Below, piece after piece: positions 1 to 8,413 of a DNA stretch of 64,000 bases; position 1 is the first letter of the stretch; each line of letters opens with the position of its first letter. The stretch covers positions 1 to 64,000 of the IMG/VR virus record IMGVR_UViG_3300005077_000004, one strand, 5' to 3'. The notes under the pieces were generated by a model. The model did not search any database, had not been told where the DNA came from, and was given only the letters and a program-made list of their open reading frames with translations. The position numbers and the translations under genes were made by a program. Source of the DNA: a virus.

Positions 1-46
1 GTACAGAAAAAGGTCAAAGAACATCTCAATAAAAGAAAGTAGAGAC

Positions 47-811
47 TTGCAACTCGATAAGAAGAAACTCCTATCCTTTCTTTATAAACCAGACAGCAAA
101 GACAAGATCATCCCCGGCTTCTGGAAAGATTCCCTGTTCGACGTTTACGCTTGCCTGGACTCGTATCAGGATGCCAGCGGGATATCCGGTAATCTTTGCG
201 AGATCGGAGTTTATTGCGGTCGATCTTTCCTTCCGCTTGCCAACTTCAAACGCGAGGGTGAGAAGGCTATCGGGATTGATCTCTTCCGTCGCTCACCACG
301 TAGCCGATATCGCAACATCGTCAATAGCTATGCCACATGTTCAACCCTCATTACAAACGCATTGGGGGAGGATCCTGATATTATCATCATGCGGAATAGT
401 TCGAAGAGTATTATCAAAGCGAAGACCCACCAGTCCTTTTCTCCTGTGCGTTTGTTTTCTATAGACGGGGATCATACGGTTCCGGGTACATCTCTGGATC
501 TCCGCATAGCGGTCGAGTCTGTGCATAAGCGGGGGATCATCTTCCTGGACGATTACGATAATCCCCATTTCCGTCCGTTTATCCTTGAGGCGGTTAACCT
601 CTTCTTGAAGCAGCGTAAGCATTGGAGAGTTCTCTGCTGTTCTACGGAGAAGATGTTCCTCTGTCGTCATAGTGAGATGGATGGTTATCTTTCTGGTTTG
701 GCAACTCTTCCTTCGAACTGGAAGTGTGAGGAGTTGGACTTCGGGGATAGGATAGGTAAGGTTCCTGATTTCGAAAACAAATTCGGGAAGAATGTCGGAC
801 TAGTCTCGTAA
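47..811 (+). CDS. class I SAM-dependent methyltransferase (Methyltransf_24/TylF-like)
   Basis: TTG start. Motif I-like CEIGVYCGRSF followed by acidic GIDLF, later FSIDGDH and IIFLDDYD, which is the typical Rossmann methyltransferase layout. Confidence 0.6.
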   Translation: MQLDKKKLLSFLYKPDSKDKIIPGFWKDSLFDVYACLDSYQDASGISGNLCEIGVYCGRSFLPLANFKREGEKAIGIDLFRRSPRSRYRNIVNSYATCSTLITNALGEDPDIIIMRNSSKSIIKAKTHQSFSPVRLFSIDGDHTVPGTSLDLRIAVESVHKRGIIFLDDYDNPHFRPFILEAVNLFLKQRKHWRVLCCSTEKMFLCRHSEMDGYLSGLATLPSNWKCEELDFGDRIGKVPDFENKFGKNVGLVS

Positions 812-830
812 ATACAATAAAGGTAGGAAT

Positions 831-2171
831 ATGGATATCAATGTTGCCATCGATAGATTTCAAAAACTCTTCAAAGAAGAACTGGTCGTTGAAGCATTCT
901 CCAGCTATACCTACACGATTCCCAAAGATAAAGAAGAGATGCTGTTTGATTTCTACATGAGTACATTGCTCAGTGATACAGGTTACGAGAACGCTGATTA
1001 TGCTTTGGAAGAAATGAAGAAGCTTCTTTATTCCACTCTCCGAGAAGAAATGCTTCTTGCTGTTGGATATGCTATTGCTTCGGAAATGGATCACTTTAGA
1101 ATAGATAACTGGGGAAAAATAGAAGCGGCAATACGGACGGAGAAAGATTTCGATTATATTTTCAAAGAGATCAAACAGAAGTATGGATTGAAATTCGCAT
1201 CAGCTATAGGAGATTTCCTAGAGCCGAGAAGATCAATTAAGAAAGCAAAATTATCTCAACCACAACTCAAGATTGTAAGTGGGGGAGGTAAAAGAAGCAG
1301 ACTCCCCTCCTATATCGATGCTATATCCGCTTTCAAACATCACGGTCTTACTTTTGCTGACTTCGTTGATGTCTCTGAATTTGTTTTCAGCTTTGACAAG
1401 AGATGGGAATTTGGATACGGTGGAAAAGCTTGGGAGAATATTGCCAAGGGTTGGAAGCGTTTGAACGAAGCCAAGACTCGTTCAGATACTATTGTTGCTA
1501 TAGATCACATCTATGATCTTCAACACAACAATGATACCGTCTTTGATAAAGTCCGGTCTTATTACAAGAAGGGTGATTTAGAATGGTTACAGAATGCCCT
1601 TGATTACAAAGCCAGGATCAAAGAACCTCATGAATTATACGATCACATCAGCCCCCAACTCAAGTCTCTGGCAGCATACATCATTAGAAAGAATTACGGA
1701 AAGACTCTGGAAGACTTCCTGAACGAAAAAGAAAGAAAATCAATTGAATTCAACCCGATGCCTGGGGATGTAATCCAAATAAACAAACGTGGAATGAAAT
1801 ATCTTGATGTTGAATTTGACGGAGGTATGAATCAAGAATTTGTTGTCTTAGCAAAATTTAATGAGTTAGATCGAGAGTCGTTTTCTGAGAAGCCAAATGA
1901 TACAAGTGAAAAGGAAGAAGGCTATTGGATTTTCCCAATTGAGAGTCTCAAGAAAGCTAAAATTCCACTAGAAGATATGCTTCAAATACCAGAATTTAGA
2001 AATCGTGTAATTATGGAGGTAAGATCAAGAATTCCAATCAAGACGATAATACCAAAACTCTATAAAGATTTCAAAAAACGTCTTATGAATACGATGCAAG
2101 AAAAGATGAAAGTTGACGGAGAAAAATTTAAGAGTATGATGTTTAAACCTTCGAAAGCAAAGAAAAAATAA
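831..2171 (+). CDS. hypothetical protein (446 aa)
   Basis: Long ORF with non-repetitive composition. A GGTAGGAA RBS-like sequence lies upstream. Contains FGYGGKAWENIAKGW and AIDHIYDLQHNND blocks that I cannot assign to a family. Confidence 0.6.
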   Translation: MDINVAIDRFQKLFKEELVVEAFSSYTYTIPKDKEEMLFDFYMSTLLSDTGYENADYALEEMKKLLYSTLREEMLLAVGYAIASEMDHFRIDNWGKIEAAIRTEKDFDYIFKEIKQKYGLKFASAIGDFLEPRRSIKKAKLSQPQLKIVSGGGKRSRLPSYIDAISAFKHHGLTFADFVDVSEFVFSFDKRWEFGYGGKAWENIAKGWKRLNEAKTRSDTIVAIDHIYDLQHNNDTVFDKVRSYYKKGDLEWLQNALDYKARIKEPHELYDHISPQLKSLAAYIIRKNYGKTLEDFLNEKERKSIEFNPMPGDVIQINKRGMKYLDVEFDGGMNQEFVVLAKFNELDRESFSEKPNDTSEKEEGYWIFPIESLKKAKIPLEDMLQIPEFRNRVIMEVRSRIPIKTIIPKLYKDFKKRLMNTMQEKMKVDGEKFKSMMFKPSKAKKK

Positions 2172-2179
2172 CTCCACGT

Positions 2180-2425
2180 TTACGAACGTTCAAACTCTTC
2201 GCAGAACTCCATTGCTTGTGTCAAACTAGACCAAAAGAGGTTTCTTTTTTCTGATGGGAGTAGTTCAGGATCACTCACAATACGAAACGGATGAAACCCA
2301 TGCTCGTGTGGAGTATCTATTTCTACAAGACGATGATAGAAGAAACTTCCGTCATCATGCCACCTACTAGGAGCCACTAGCATAACTTTATCGTTATCGT
2401 CGTATTCTACTTCCCACTTAAGCAT
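2180..2425 (-). CDS. hypothetical protein (81 aa)
   Basis: ORF overlaps the stop of the upstream minus-strand gene by 8 nt, consistent with coupling. Confidence 0.5.
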   Translation of the reverse strand: MLKWEVEYDDNDKVMLVAPSRWHDDGSFFYHRLVEIDTPHEHGFHPFRIVSDPELLPSEKRNLFWSSLTQAMEFCEEFERS

Positions 2426-2804
2426 TTTTCGATCCTTTCTTTTTCGTCTTCGATACCATCTTCAACCCCAAGATACCAAAAATCTTCTCGATTAAATACG
2501 CATTGAAGATAGCCCAATGTTCTTCTTCATAAGGTTCGTGGCTAATGTTGTAATAGGAAAGAATCTTTGTTGTCAAATGGTATATCTCATGGACGATGGT
2601 ATTCAACGATGTATCGGTTTTGAAGAACAATCCAAATGTTCCTTGGTTCCAACTACATATTCCCTCAGCAGAAGTGATTGAATGATTTTCGAAAATGTGA
2701 TTCATCTTTGTTCGGGATAATATAATATCCTCACTGACAATAATCCAAACACAAACATCATAGATAGGAACGGTGAATCTTCTTTTCATCGGTTTCAAAA
2801 TCAA
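2418..2804 (-). CDS. small HExxH zincin-like putative metallopeptidase
   Basis: HEIYH (HExxH) motif with downstream acidic residues (EPYEEEH). Confidence 0.45.
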   Translation of the reverse strand: MILKPMKRRFTVPIYDVCVWIIVSEDIILSRTKMNHIFENHSITSAEGICSWNQGTFGLFFKTDTSLNTIVHEIYHLTTKILSYYNISHEPYEEEHWAIFNAYLIEKIFGILGLKMVSKTKKKGSKNA

Positions 2805-3133
2805 AATCCTACTCCTGATTGATAATCGTGGGGGAAATTTTTTCTACGAGAATTGAATGTTTTACTACGAGAGTTGTTGGATCGACAAAATCCAAAGTTC
2901 CGGTATCCATTTCTTCGGGTTCATTGAATTCGAATAGACTTTCCTTAGAGTAAAGCTTCAAAAATATCTCGTGTCATATTCATAATATTTCCTTTCTCAA
3001 ATCACCTATTCAGAATCACAAGGAGGTTTCAAACACCTTCCGAGAAACATAAAAACAATCAGAGATAGTATTGTCATTACAGAAACAAAAACAATCAAAC
3101 AAATCATTTTCTTTTCCTCATAACCAGGAAGCT

Positions 3134-3328
3134 TTAACCTGAGCTATCTACCCTGTAGGTGTACCCGCACAATCGGCAAGTGTATTGATGCAAGCAGTTG
3201 CCAACCTGTCTATATTCAACCTCATGCTTCAATTCGTCCACACACTTCCTTACAATCTCGGGTGTTCCCTGTGTCCAACCGTTCATGTAACCTAGATCCT
3301 TTACAGGATTGGTATTCTCATTGCCCAT
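3134..3328 (-). CDS. hypothetical Cys-containing small protein
   Basis: Internal ATG (MGNENTN) preceded by AAGGAAAG. C-terminal Cx6CxxC cluster. The longer start at 3367 would overlap the upstream gene by 50 nt. Confidence 0.45.
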   Translation of the reverse strand: MGNENTNPVKDLGYMNGWTQGTPEIVRKCVDELKHEVEYRQVGNCLHQYTCRLCGYTYRVDSSG

Positions 3329-3692
3329 TGTTACTTTCCTTTTCAGCACGTACTTGACCAAGTTCAATCACAGAGATACCACTTGAAGACGATGATCCCT
3401 TTACAACCATGTATCTCTTCCCCGTCTTCTTATCAGTTACAGCATAGACGGAGATACTACTCCATGTATCTGCTTGATCCTTACTTATGACGAAATCCTT
3501 TTCATCTTCGACTTTCGGAGAGACAGTTGCAATCGTCTGTTTTTGCCCCTGTTCTTGTAGAGGTAGATTCGTATCATTATCCCGCATTGCGAGGGCAAAT
3601 ATACCCCATACAATTACAAGCACTAACAGATTGGCTATGATCAATGCCGTCTTAGCCCCAATTACCTCTTCAACAAACTCTAAAAATGTCAT
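3318..3692 (-). CDS. membrane-anchored hypothetical protein
   Basis: N-terminal hydrophobic helix (ALIIANLLVLVIVWGIFALA). Confidence 0.55.
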   Translation of the reverse strand: MTFLEFVEEVIGAKTALIIANLLVLVIVWGIFALAMRDNDTNLPLQEQGQKQTIATVSPKVEDEKDFVISKDQADTWSSISVYAVTDKKTGKRYMVVKGSSSSSGISVIELGQVRAEKESNNGQ

Positions 3693-3771
3693 TTCGTTTT
3701 CTCCTTTTAAGTGAAATTATATCTGAACTTATATGGTTTGTCAATACTAAATAAAAAGATTAGGAGAGAAA

Positions 3772-3948
3772 ATGTCAATCAATAAAATATACAATATCCC
3801 CCAGGAAGATATAAATCGGTTTGTCGAAATAGATTGTCGAGTTCGAGATGTTGCACAGAAGCATAGCAATCCTGTTGTTCATGATATGTTATGGCTTCTG
3901 CACTTCATAAAGAGACTTCTCGACGAAAGAAAGGATAAGAATGTCTAA
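3772..3948 (+). CDS. hypothetical small protein (58 aa, below the ORF-track cutoff)
   Basis: ATG preceded by AGGAGAGAAA. The stop overlaps the next start (ATGTCTAA). Translated by hand. Confidence 0.4.
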   Translation: MSINKIYNIPQEDINRFVEIDCRVRDVAQKHSNPVVHDMLWLLHFIKRLLDERKDKNV

Positions 3949-4219
3949 AGGTGAACTTAAAGTATCTCCAGCATTGGATACGTTTTTAGAAAATATGAAG
4001 GTCATGAAAGAATTCGCGGACGTCGAAGTCAATCGTGATGTACTGGTTGGTTGGGGTATATACATTCCAGAGAAAGAAGCTGTCATTATTCTCGGAGGAC
4101 CAGAGGATGAAGCAAAGGCTCGGAAGCTGGTCAAGATCCGAAATATGAAAGGACGCAAGGATCAATTGATCCCACTCTTCAAACCCCACGCAGGCATTCG
4201 TATACAGAGAGAGATCTAA
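3941..4219 (+). CDS. hypothetical protein (92 aa)
   Basis: Coupled to its neighbours on both sides, with a TAATG junction at 4217-4221. Confidence 0.5.
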   Translation: MSKGELKVSPALDTFLENMKVMKEFADVEVNRDVLVGWGIYIPEKEAVIILGGPEDEAKARKLVKIRNMKGRKDQLIPLFKPHAGIRIQREI

Positions 4220-6231
4220 TGTCATTCAAAAAACGAGGTTTCATCCGTAAACAATTCGTTGAAGAACAAGAGTCTTCTGGTCCTGATTATAATGAAATGA
4301 AAGCTCACTTCCTCAAACGAACCAACAGACATATTCAGATGGTTGGAGAATATCTCGACAAGGCTATCGAAGCATATCCGGAATATGAAGAAGACCTTTC
4401 TCTTCGAAAAGAAAAGCACGATGAAACCAAATTTGCTCCACCGGAATTCAAACCATATATTCATTTGACTTGGGAATACAAATGCAAAGATGATGGTGTC
4501 GATTACAAGATGGATGAAGACATGAAGCATATGTGTCACGATGCAACCTTCCATCACATCAAGAATAATAAACACCATCCGGAGTATTGGGATAACAGTC
4601 TGGATACGAATCCGGTTTCGTTTGAGAACAGGGATAAACCTTCCGGGATCCTGGTCAAAGCGGAGAGAATGGATAAGGTTAGTATTCTGGAGATGGTGTG
4701 TGATTGGTGCGCTATGGGACAAGAGCGAGGAACCTGTCCGATTGAATGGGCAAAAAACAATTTGGGAAATAGATGGAGATTTGATCAAGACCAGGAGAAG
4801 TTCATCTATGCTGCTCTGAATCGATTGCTCGGAAAGGATATTGAAGAATCTATCGAGTGGATCATCGACGAGACGTTTCCCGAAAGATTCCTTATGATAT
4901 GCGAAGAGTCGTTAGAAGATGGATTGGTCAAGCTTCGCCGCATGTTCCATACAGCTAACCCGAACGAGAAAAGAATCATCCAAAAATCAATTGATGCTCT
5001 TGAGAAAAAGATATCTCAACAAGAAAACCCCAAAGCAAACCAATCTGAAAAAATTATAGATGGGGTTCATTATATGCTCAATTATGGAGTCGATCAAAAG
5101 TATCAACCAAAGCGTGTACTCTCTGTGACCGATTCTATAACACCGGATGATTGGTATGAAGTATCAAAAGGTATAAATACATTTTTATATGATTCTAAAA
5201 AGAAAACGCTATATGCCGATAAAGCTTCGGTCAGTCACAGAAAGCTAATACTTCAATTGATTGAGATCGGAGTCTTCCCTCAGAAATGGTCTAAGAATCT
5301 AGAGCATGGTGTCGAGGGGTTTGATTTAGCCCATCCAGAAATGATCAGTGGAAGATCAGGTGTTTTTGAATACGAGAACAATCGAGGAAAGACTCTTTAC
5401 GGTATAGCACTATGGAATAAAGATGTTCCTCTCTCGACACTCCAAGAGCTTTTAGTGAAGTTGAAAGAGAAAACAAAGTTCAGGTTCGATTATGTATTCT
5501 TACCAGACAGAACCTTCTCAGCAATACATGAGGAAATGATGGATGAATCTATACATGACAAATACAAGTTCAAAGCTTTCTTCACCGCTGGAGGTCCAGG
5601 AAATGGAAAGTCTTTCATCGCGAAGCTTCTATTCAACCCTGATAAGATCACCATCATATCTTCCGATACGATTCTAGAATACATTCTGAAGAAGACGGGA
5701 TTATCAAAGAAGCTTGATCCACAACAAAAAGAAACCTTCGAGAAGCAGATGGCACTTCGAAATGTTGCGAAATCGAAATCAGTTCTTCAGATTGAAAATC
5801 TAATCAATGGAATGCTCCCGCTCGTCATTGATGGAACCGGAAAGTCTTATGACCGAATTAAAACGCAAAAGGACTGGTTGGAGAAGCACGGATACGATAC
5901 TCACATGGTTCTGGTCAACACCAACAAAGAGACTGCGGTTCGTCGTAATGAGAAGAGGGAGAGGAGTATCGCTAAAGATGCCGTGTTGAAAATGTGGTCC
6001 CAGGTGCAAGATAACATAGGAAAATTCCAGGAGTTGTTTGGTGATAAGTTTTTGATCATCGACAACAGCACGCAATTAGATAAGCAACAGATGCAGGAGA
6101 AGCAGAATAATCTTCTGAGGAAAGTACGACACATGCTTTCTGCTCCTATCGAGAATCATCTAGGAAAGGAAGCTATTCAGAGCTTGGAGAAGAGTGGTGG
6201 AAATACTCTCAAAGATCTTAAGGAGAACTAA
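4219..6231 (+). CDS. three-module protein: N-terminal His-rich HD-like domain (DUF5662-like), unknown middle region, C-terminal T4 Pnk-like polynucleotide 5'-kinase P-loop domain
   Basis: N-terminus: HDETKF...HDATFHHIKNNKHHPEYW. C-terminus: Walker A GGPGNGKS, SSDT, VIDGTGKS, and lid RRNEKRERSIAKDAVLKMW, which closely parallels T4 Pnk [20 protein letters not shown] (recalled from memory). Confidence 0.6.
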   Translation: MSFKKRGFIRKQFVEEQESSGPDYNEMKAHFLKRTNRHIQMVGEYLDKAIEAYPEYEEDLSLRKEKHDETKFAPPEFKPYIHLTWEYKCKDDGVDYKMDEDMKHMCHDATFHHIKNNKHHPEYWDNSLDTNPVSFENRDKPSGILVKAERMDKVSILEMVCDWCAMGQERGTCPIEWAKNNLGNRWRFDQDQEKFIYAALNRLLGKDIEESIEWIIDETFPERFLMICEESLEDGLVKLRRMFHTANPNEKRIIQKSIDALEKKISQQENPKANQSEKIIDGVHYMLNYGVDQKYQPKRVLSVTDSITPDDWYEVSKGINTFLYDSKKKTLYADKASVSHRKLILQLIEIGVFPQKWSKNLEHGVEGFDLAHPEMISGRSGVFEYENNRGKTLYGIALWNKDVPLSTLQELLVKLKEKTKFRFDYVFLPDRTFSAIHEEMMDESIHDKYKFKAFFTAGGPGNGKSFIAKLLFNPDKITIISSDTILEYILKKTGLSKKLDPQQKETFEKQMALRNVAKSKSVLQIENLINGMLPLVIDGTGKSYDRIKTQKDWLEKHGYDTHMVLVNTNKETAVRRNEKRERSIAKDAVLKMWSQVQDNIGKFQELFGDKFLIIDNSTQLDKQQMQEKQNNLLRKVRHMLSAPIENHLGKEAIQSLEKSGGNTLKDLKEN

Positions 6232-7034
6232 TGGGAAGGAAGAGAGGACGTCCAAGAATCAAACGGGCGGTCATTGTTGGTATTGATCGTTATCAACCAG
6301 AAGAAATAAACCTTAACGGTTGTACTGCTGATGCCCTCGACTTCTACCGGAACATAACCCGATGGTACGGATTCGCTCCCAGGTATTGCACACTTCTTCT
6401 CAACGAAGATGCAACCAAATCAAACATCATGCAAGCTCTCAGCGAAATGGTTTCTAAGACTCAAGCGAAACAGGAAGCCGTTTATTACCAGAGTGGACAT
6501 GGATCACAAATTGAGGATGGAAGTGGAGACGAGGCTGATCATTTGGATGAAGTTGTTATTCCGTATGATTTCAATTTCTCGAATGTCATCAGCGACGATG
6601 AATTGTATTTGTGCTTCAGTGACTTAGCTGAGGGTGGATTCTTGAGTATGATAATGGATACTTGCTTCTCGGGTGGTACGGCAAAAGGTATGGGAACAAA
6701 AACCATACAAACGATGAAAACCGATCCCCTACTTCCTCTGGTTCATTACGGTGTAAAGGATTCGAACCCTTCGACACAAAGACACGTACTCCTATCGGGG
6801 TGTCGAGAAGGTGAATACAGTGAGGAGTTCTATTCGGATAAGTATGGATATCGAGGGGTGTTGACTTTCTTTCTTGGTAAGATCTTGTATAACTATCGAA
6901 AGAGAAATCTGACTTGGCAGCAAACCTTGTCTATCATTTCTAATGGCATATCATCCCACTCTTTTTCCCAACACCCAACCCTATCAGGTAGACAAGATTT
7001 ACTTGTTCGGGGTGTCGTTGGTGGACGAAGGTAA
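6231..7034 (+). CDS. caspase-fold protease (Peptidase C14, orthocaspase/metacaspase-like) with an N-terminal AT-hook-like motif
   Basis: RAVIVGIDRY; catalytic His context YYQSGHGSQ; GDEADHLDEVVIPYD; catalytic Cys context MDTCFSGG. The N-terminus carries KRGRPR. TAATG coupling to the upstream gene. Confidence 0.75.
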   Translation: MGRKRGRPRIKRAVIVGIDRYQPEEINLNGCTADALDFYRNITRWYGFAPRYCTLLLNEDATKSNIMQALSEMVSKTQAKQEAVYYQSGHGSQIEDGSGDEADHLDEVVIPYDFNFSNVISDDELYLCFSDLAEGGFLSMIMDTCFSGGTAKGMGTKTIQTMKTDPLLPLVHYGVKDSNPSTQRHVLLSGCREGEYSEEFYSDKYGYRGVLTFFLGKILYNYRKRNLTWQQTLSIISNGISSHSFSQHPTLSGRQDLLVRGVVGGRR

Positions 7035-7169
7035 TTCACATACTACTGAGTTGTGAGATTCTTTTTGGATAATGCTCAAAGCTGTAGAGTATCCAGCTAT
7101 AAACATGAAGATCGAAAGAAACAAAGAAAACCACATCCACTCCACGGTTATCTTCCAGTGATTATTCAT
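6999..7169 (-). CDS. possible small membrane protein (56 aa, hand-translated)
   Basis: ATG lies within the stop region of the upstream minus-strand gene. One hydrophobic helix (WMWFSLFLSIFMFIAGY). Overlaps the 3' end of the convergent caspase gene by 36 nt. Confidence 0.25.
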   Translation of the reverse strand: MNNHWKITVEWMWFSLFLSIFMFIAGYSTALSIIQKESHNSVVCELPSSTNDTPNK

Positions 7170-7398
7170 TCGAATCCTTTTCTGTATTCTTAGACTCAGC
7201 GGGTTTCAACCATCTAAACTCTGCGCTGGTCTTTCCACGAGGAACATAATACTCCCCAACACAATTTTCGACAGCTTCTTTCCGCACAGAATTTATTCCG
7301 CTTTTTCTACTAAACTCAAATACAACAAGGAGGAACAAAATTATAATCAAAGCTAGACCACCTAGAACACAAGCACCAAAACCGTTTGGGTCAGTCAT
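7162..7398 (-). CDS. small membrane protein
   Basis: Internal start MTDPNGFG overlaps the PRTase stop by 8 nt (AATGACTGA). TM helix GGLALIIILFLLVVF. Confidence 0.5.
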   Translation of the reverse strand: MTDPNGFGACVLGGLALIIILFLLVVFEFSRKSGINSVRKEAVENCVGEYYVPRGKTSAEFRWLKPAESKNTEKDSNE

Positions 7399-7819
7399 TG
7401 CATTTCCTTTCTGATATAGGATCGTTAACATCAAACTCATACGGAAAAACTATCCACTCGTTTTCTTCCACAGTTGCCAATTTACAATTGAACCAATATG
7501 TCGGTCTCGTTTCTATACCTTTTTTAAGACAAATAGAAGCGGTGGCAAAAAGCTTTTGGAATCGCTGCATCGTTTTACCGGAATCAATAATATCGTCTAC
7601 GACGAGAATACTATGGTTTGAAATAGTATCATAATCAAGATGGGTTACAACCGGGATATTCAATCGGTGAGAAAGCATCACCGCAGGAATCAGACCACCC
7701 CTCGGGATCCCATAGATCATATCTATTCTACGCTTAGAATCTAGATCGATAAAGCTTGCGATCTGTTGAACAAGATAATCCAAGTCGTCCCAAGTAAGAC
7801 GACGAATCTTTTTCTCCAT
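7391..7819 (-). CDS. type I purine phosphoribosyltransferase (xanthine-guanine PRTase/Gpt-like)
   Basis: PRPP-binding motif ILVVDDIIDSGKTM. IPRGGLIP loop. N-terminal LTWDDL and C-terminal W-x-x-FPYE resemble E. coli Gpt architecture. Confidence 0.75.
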   Translation of the reverse strand: MEKKIRRLTWDDLDYLVQQIASFIDLDSKRRIDMIYGIPRGGLIPAVMLSHRLNIPVVTHLDYDTISNHSILVVDDIIDSGKTMQRFQKLFATASICLKKGIETRPTYWFNCKLATVEENEWIVFPYEFDVNDPISERKCND

Positions 7820-8160
7820 TACTTTACCTTTCGAAAAACAAAATCATTGATCTCTGAGTTCCACAGCACTTCCATCGAACCATCCTTCACCCCTTCGTTA
7901 CATACCCGCTCTACTAGATGAAGTATAATGTCATTCAAATAATTGAACAGAGTGTGAGCATCGACGATATACTCTCCATTCCACTCTCGTTTGAACTTCT
8001 TTTTAAAAGTCTCTATCTCCTCTTTCCACATCTCCGGTGGGAGATATACCTCACCAACCTCTTTGCCTAGATTCGACATATTGAGAAATCTCTGAACAAA
8101 TTTCTGAATTTCCGATTCGTAAACAAATGCCACATCATCATCATTCTTCATATGATTCAT
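7819..8160 (-). CDS. hypothetical protein
   Basis: Start placed at the internal MNHMK, because the longer ORF would overlap the upstream gene by about 190 nt. TAATG junction with the PRTase. Confidence 0.5.
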   Translation of the reverse strand: MNHMKNDDDVAFVYESEIQKFVQRFLNMSNLGKEVGEVYLPPEMWKEEIETFKKKFKREWNGEYIVDAHTLFNYLNDIILHLVERVCNEGVKDGSMEVLWNSEINDFVFRKVK

Positions 8161-8401
8161 CCTCCTCTTCGGTCTCATATATGTCGTCATCAGCCTCCAG
8201 GTAGAATGACAACCACTCACCAAAATCCTGCAAAAGGTTGGTATCGGGGTAATCATCCGGTCTATCAATATCAGCCCACGACTCCATCCATTGATCGGTG
8301 CTATAAACCTTCCAAATCTTTTCAACCTCATTTTGAGTTAAGTCGTATCCTGACTCTCTGATACTGTTGAAAATGATTTCGACTTGTTCATTGCGAGTCA
8401 T
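8141..8401 (-). CDS. acidic hypothetical protein (86 aa)
   Basis: ORF with a strongly acidic C-terminus (ETEEEDESYEE). Confidence 0.5.
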   Translation of the reverse strand: MTRNEQVEIIFNSIRESGYDLTQNEVEKIWKVYSTDQWMESWADIDRPDDYPDTNLLQDFGEWLSFYLEADDDIYETEEEDESYEE

Positions 8402-8413
8402 AGCTATCTCCTA

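Noticed and set aside
2805-3133. 330-nt gap with several ORFs of 35 aa or fewer (for example a 33-aa hydrophobic peptide at 3006-3107, minus strand)
   Set aside because: These are too short to support without homology or expression data. I checked the gap for tRNA-like cloverleaf features by eye and saw none.
4222-4788. 188-aa minus-strand ORF inside the 670-aa gene
   Set aside because: It is antisense to a gene with clear kinase and His-rich motifs, and has no motifs or RBS of its own.
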